Positions 60,428 to 64,000 of a stretch of DNA of 64,000 nucleotides are shown here, piece after piece. The notes below the pieces were generated by a model. The model did not search any database. It was not told the origin of the DNA and worked only from the letters and a program-made list of their open reading frames with translations. The DNA comes from an uncultured Nitrospiraceae bacterium (lineage in GTDB: Bacteria; Nitrospirota; Thermodesulfovibrionia; Thermodesulfovibrionales; SM23-35): the NCBI GenBank assembly GCA_963727775.1, contig CAVSHB010000002.1, positions 288,001-352,000 of the forward strand. Reading direction: 5' to 3'. How positions within the stretch are numbered: position 1 is the stretch's first letter; each line of letters starts with the position of its first letter. The translations under genes were made by a program, and so were the position numbers.

Positions 60428-61435
60428 TCAAGATTGCATTTTTATGTCATAACACCGGTGAGCCAATTCAACGAGCTTATCGAGCTTCCACGTGCCTCGG
60501 TCATTAAGATAACCTGTTAAGCGCGCCGGTATTGCGCTGATTCCCAAATGGGCCCCGCTGACAGCCCCTGCCATCGCCGCAGTTGTATCGACATCTCCCC
60601 CAACTCCAATAGCCGTGCATATCGTCTCCCAGTAGTTATCGGGGGTCTTAAGAAAGGAATAGAGGCTCCAGAGAACACTACTGATAACATATGCGGACAT
60701 GCCTTTCCATTCATCGTCATCAATATATTCAGCATCAAATCCGGCCTTTGCGATAAAAGTCGCCGCCTCTCCAGGAGGTTTCGGCAGCCATTCAACTAAT
60801 TTCTTCAGCTCGGAGGCAAAGCGGGCGTCAACGACGCTTGTCCATTCCGCAAGGGTAGAGATAAAAGACCCGGTGTCTATCGCTTCGTTCTGCAATGCCA
60901 ATGCAATCGCTCCGCTGATTGCCACTGCGCCTGCCGAACACCGCGGATCTGTATGGGTAATGCGTCCCTGATTATGTGCTGCCTGCACAAGTGTCTGTGG
61001 ATCATCAAAAAAGAACAAACCTATCGGAGCGGCCCGCATTGCGCTGCCGTTTCCCGCTGAAGGAGCCGGTGTGCCGGATTCTTCCCAGGAGACACCCTGC
61101 GCCAGCTTTTTTGCAGCTTCTTTTGTGGAATATCCGAAGGCAACGATCCTTTTTTCGGCGAAGATAAGTTTTATCCTTTCCGCATAATCTGCGGGATCGA
61201 ATTTCCTGCGTTCCTCATAGCTCTGCATCAGCTCACGCGCGAGCTGTGAATCATCGGAATACTGACCGAAGAGGAACGGGAAATGACCAAAATCTATTGC
61301 CTGGCCCGTTCTCAGGATATCTTCGATATATCGTTTACACGCCTCTGGGGAAAAACCTTCAACGACAAACCCGAGCGCGTCTCCCAGGCACTGACCGATC
61401 AGGCAACCGCTGTATTGATCTTTATGTGGCAACAT
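60428..61435 (-). CDS. ADP-ribosylglycohydrolase family protein
   Basis: GDALG, SDDSQ, GNGSAMR, TH, GGDVDTTAA. Confidence 0.93.
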   Translation of the reverse strand: MLPHKDQYSGCLIGQCLGDALGFVVEGFSPEACKRYIEDILRTGQAIDFGHFPFLFGQYSDDSQLARELMQSYEERRKFDPADYAERIKLIFAEKRIVAFGYSTKEAAKKLAQGVSWEESGTPAPSAGNGSAMRAAPIGLFFFDDPQTLVQAAHNQGRITHTDPRCSAGAVAISGAIALALQNEAIDTGSFISTLAEWTSVVDARFASELKKLVEWLPKPPGEAATFIAKAGFDAEYIDDDEWKGMSAYVISSVLWSLYSFLKTPDNYWETICTAIGVGGDVDTTAAMAGAVSGAHLGISAIPARLTGYLNDRGTWKLDKLVELAHRCYDIKMQS

Positions 61436-61446
61436 GCGGGGACGGA

Positions 61447-61767
61447 TTATCTTATGATACTTCCGGGCGGGACATCTCTATCCGGATGTAAAAGGAAGGG
61501 TTTTCCGTTGACGGATACCGCGAGAATCATTCCTTGGCTTTCGACCCCTCTTATATTCCTCGGCTCCAAGTTCATAAGCACAGGGACTTCTTTCCCGATT
61601 AGCTGGTCGGGCTGATATGTCTCGGCTATACCGGCAACGACCTGTCTTTTTCCAGTATCAAAGTCGACTGCCAATTTTATTAATTTATCGGTTCCATCCA
61701 CTTTCTCAGCGGACAAAATTTTCCCGACGCGTATGTCCAATTTTTTAAAATCATCAAAAGTGATCAT
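61447..61767 (-). CDS. tRNA-binding OB-fold protein (MetG C-terminal/CsaA/Trbp111-like)
   Basis: F.KLDIRVG.I, DKL, NL.PR...G.ESQGM.L. Confidence 0.92.
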   Translation of the reverse strand: MITFDDFKKLDIRVGKILSAEKVDGTDKLIKLAVDFDTGKRQVVAGIAETYQPDQLIGKEVPVLMNLEPRNIRGVESQGMILAVSVNGKPFLLHPDRDVPPGSIIR

Positions 61768-61853
61768 TGCTTATTATCTATAGTAATAACATTTTTTGCA
61801 ATAAGATCTTTTCTCGATCCTTATAAGAGAAGGGTTTACATAGTTCTCCCTGT

Positions 61854-62378
61854 ATGATAGAATTTTTAATGAAGAAAGTTTTAATGGTAGGGCTTTCTGT
61901 CTTGTTTTTCAGCGGTCTTTTCCTGATGGTGAGGACCGGTAAGGAATTCAGCGGGGACCTGAAAATAACCGGGGGGTCTTTTATCGAAGGCCTCAAGATT
62001 TTGCAGAAGAAAAACGGAACAACAATCTGGACTCTTACGGCAACCAAGGCGCATTTTTTGGAAGACGAGAACAGAGCTGAGTTGAGCGATATCAGCATGA
62101 GGTTACAAAAAAACGGAGTGGTGCTCTATGCCGATAAGGGTATCTATAACCTTTCTGAAAGAAGCTTCACAACAAGCAGTGTTGTAAAGGCTGATGCGAA
62201 GGATTACAAAATAACAGCCGACTCGGTTGATTATGATGTGTCTTCAGGGAATATTAAGACGGGAGGCAGGATAAAGGTTGAAGGTAAAGGGTTTAAGGTT
62301 GAAGGCAAAGGGATGGAATCAGACGGCGACAAGAAGGTGAAAATATTAAACGATGTCACTGCAACATTTGATAGATAA
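61854..62378 (+). CDS. lptC: LPS export protein LptC
   Basis: N-terminal TM, W.L.A..A jellyroll; upstream of lptA and lptB. Confidence 0.8.
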   Translation: MIEFLMKKVLMVGLSVLFFSGLFLMVRTGKEFSGDLKITGGSFIEGLKILQKKNGTTIWTLTATKAHFLEDENRAELSDISMRLQKNGVVLYADKGIYNLSERSFTTSSVVKADAKDYKITADSVDYDVSSGNIKTGGRIKVEGKGFKVEGKGMESDGDKKVKILNDVTATFDR

Positions 62379-62859
62379 GTTTTCCCGCGTCAGCGCTTCT
62401 CTGATCATCTTGCTTTTACTGTCTGTAAACGGTTTTTCGGCGGAACAGAAAAAAACGGGACAGGAAAAGAAGATAAAGGGACCTATCACCATAACATCTA
62501 AAACGATGACGACTGATAATAAGGCCCATACAGCCCTTTTTGAGAATTCCGTTGTGGCAAGAACGACGGGTATGACCATATACTCCGATAGGATGCTTGT
62601 CTACTACGAAGAAGGCACAGGAAATGTCACAAGGATTGATGCGGCAGGAAATGTGAAGGTGATTAAAGAAAATAAGGTCATTACTTCCAATGAGGCCATC
62701 TATTATGCCGGGGTGGAAAAAGTTATTTTTACGGGTGAACCGAGGGCCGTAGAGGGTGAGAATGTTGTTACAGGCAAAATAATGACCTATCTTATGGATG
62801 ACGACCGTTTCCTTGTTGAAGACAGTAAGGTTATTCTCACAAAGAAGAAAGAACAGTAA
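62353..62859 (+). CDS. lptA: LPS export periplasmic protein LptA
   Basis: Signal peptide, PI.I.S, I.A.GNV, TG.P OstA-like. Confidence 0.85.
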   Translation: MSLQHLIDKFSRVSASLIILLLLSVNGFSAEQKKTGQEKKIKGPITITSKTMTTDNKAHTALFENSVVARTTGMTIYSDRMLVYYEEGTGNVTRIDAAGNVKVIKENKVITSNEAIYYAGVEKVIFTGEPRAVEGENVVTGKIMTYLMDDDRFLVEDSKVILTKKKEQ

Positions 62860-62870
62860 CAGGGTTACGT

Positions 62871-63593
62871 ATGCATCTCCTTGAGGCAAAAGGACTTTCA
62901 AAACATTATGGGAAAAGGCATGTTGTCAACGGCCTGAATCTAAGTGTCCACACAGGTGAGATTGTGGGCCTCCTCGGCCCTAACGGCGCCGGGAAAACAA
63001 CAACCTTCTATATGATGGTTGGGCTTATTAAACCCGATGGCGGGAATATCTTTCTTGATAATGAAGACCTGACAACGCTCCCCATGTACCGAAGGTCCAG
63101 GATGGGGATCAGCTATCTGCCACAGGAACCGTCCATCTTCAAAAAGCTTACTGTTGAAGACAATCTCCGGGCTGTGCTCGAGATAAAGGGACTCCGCCGG
63201 GATGAAATTGAGGTTGAAACGGACCGTTTGCTAAAAGAATTTAATCTTGTCGAGCTTTCGCAAAAGGACGGCTATAAGCTTTCGGGGGGGGAGAGAAGGA
63301 AGACGGAAATAGCCAGGGCCATTGCGATAAAGCCCAGGTTTATACTGTTTGACGAACCTTTCGCGGGAATTGACCCTATTGCGATTATAGAACTCAAGAA
63401 AATGCTCAGTTATCTGAAAGAAAAAGGCCTCGGCGTATTGATAACGGACCATAATGTGCGGGATACCCTTTCCATAACGGATAGGGCTTATATTATTAAT
63501 AACGGCGAGATACTCGAAGAGGGAAGTCCCGGGAAAATTATAGTTAACCCGCGGGTTAAAGAGGCCTTTCTTGGAGAGGAGTTCACACTGTAA
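62871..63593 (+). CDS. lptB: LPS export ABC ATPase LptB
   Basis: [35 protein letters not shown]. Confidence 0.96.
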   Translation: MHLLEAKGLSKHYGKRHVVNGLNLSVHTGEIVGLLGPNGAGKTTTFYMMVGLIKPDGGNIFLDNEDLTTLPMYRRSRMGISYLPQEPSIFKKLTVEDNLRAVLEIKGLRRDEIEVETDRLLKEFNLVELSQKDGYKLSGGERRKTEIARAIAIKPRFILFDEPFAGIDPIAIIELKKMLSYLKEKGLGVLITDHNVRDTLSITDRAYIINNGEILEEGSPGKIIVNPRVKEAFLGEEFTL

Positions 63594-64000
63594 TGGCGTT
63601 GGAAAGCAGACTTGAACTCAGATTATCGCAAAAATTAATACTTACGCCGCAGCTCCAGCAGGCAATAAAGATGCTCCAACTGCCCCATCTTGAGCTTACC
63701 GAGTTCCTGAATCAGGAACTTATGGAAAATCCGTTGCTGGAAGAAACTCCGGATGAGGTACCGGATGAAGAACTTACAGCCGAAGAAAGAGATTCGATAG
63801 AAGTCGAAGATACCTTTGAAGACGCAGGCGCTCCGCTCGAAAGGCTTATGAACTTTTCGGTAGATGAATACTTTGAGGAGAGAGGGTCTGACGGAAGGGA
63901 CATGGGGTATTTCAATCCCGGTGTTATAACTCCTCCATCATTCGACCAATTCCTCTCCAAAAAACCGGACTTGTACGACCATCTCCTGTGGCAATTGCGG
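63593..64000 (+). CDS. rpoN: RNA polymerase sigma-54 factor, 5' part (runs off window)
   Basis: [42 protein letters not shown] coupling to lptB. Confidence 0.95.
   Translation, partial: MALESRLELRLSQKLILTPQLQQAIKMLQLPHLELTEFLNQELMENPLLEETPDEVPDEELTAEERDSIEVEDTFEDAGAPLERLMNFSVDEYFEERGSDGRDMGYFNPGVITPPSFDQFLSKKPDLYDHLLWQLR

Noticed and set aside
60428..61435. ADP-ribosylglycohydrolase as part of a toxin/immunity or DraTG system
   Set aside because: No ADP-ribosyltransferase or nif genes nearby

Overview
Chromosomal segment of an anaerobic bacterium; gene content (DVU0772-type protein, DHH-CBS-nucleotidyltransferase fusion, dcw layout) suggests Nitrospirota/Thermodesulfovibrionia or a Desulfobacterota relative (inference). 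1-1621 is the end of an island integrated at a tRNA-Thr(CGT) gene, whose 3' half is duplicated at 1576-1621. 1.7-10 kb holds an M1 peptidase-ChaN-PDZ fusion, a BaiN-like flavoprotein, maf, DVU0772 and a frameshifted tex. 10-16.5 kb is a mobile hotspot: AbrB/RelE toxin-antitoxin pair, IS1182, an IS110 whose ends, circle-junction promoter and 3' bridge-RNA guide loops can be reconstructed by eye, a dead higB with an intact higA-ImmA fusion, and a nested group II intron remnant. Next come a RelA/SpoT-fold (TIGR04552/04562-like) orphan, uvrD, rne/rng, an rhlB-like helicase, tldD-[IS607 tnpA/tnpB/omegaRNA]-pmbA, an IS630 nested in a MITE, polX, a GGDEF protein, a tRNA nucleotidyltransferase, HU and GT87. 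The rest is a complete dcw cluster (mraZ to ftsZ, with an S11 peptidase inside), lptCAB and the start of rpoN. The most unusual non-coding signal is a family of ~160-bp terminal-inverted-repeat elements with an invariant core and hairpins that differ in sequence but keep their pairing (four filled copies, one empty). All assignments come from reading the sequence; no searches were run.
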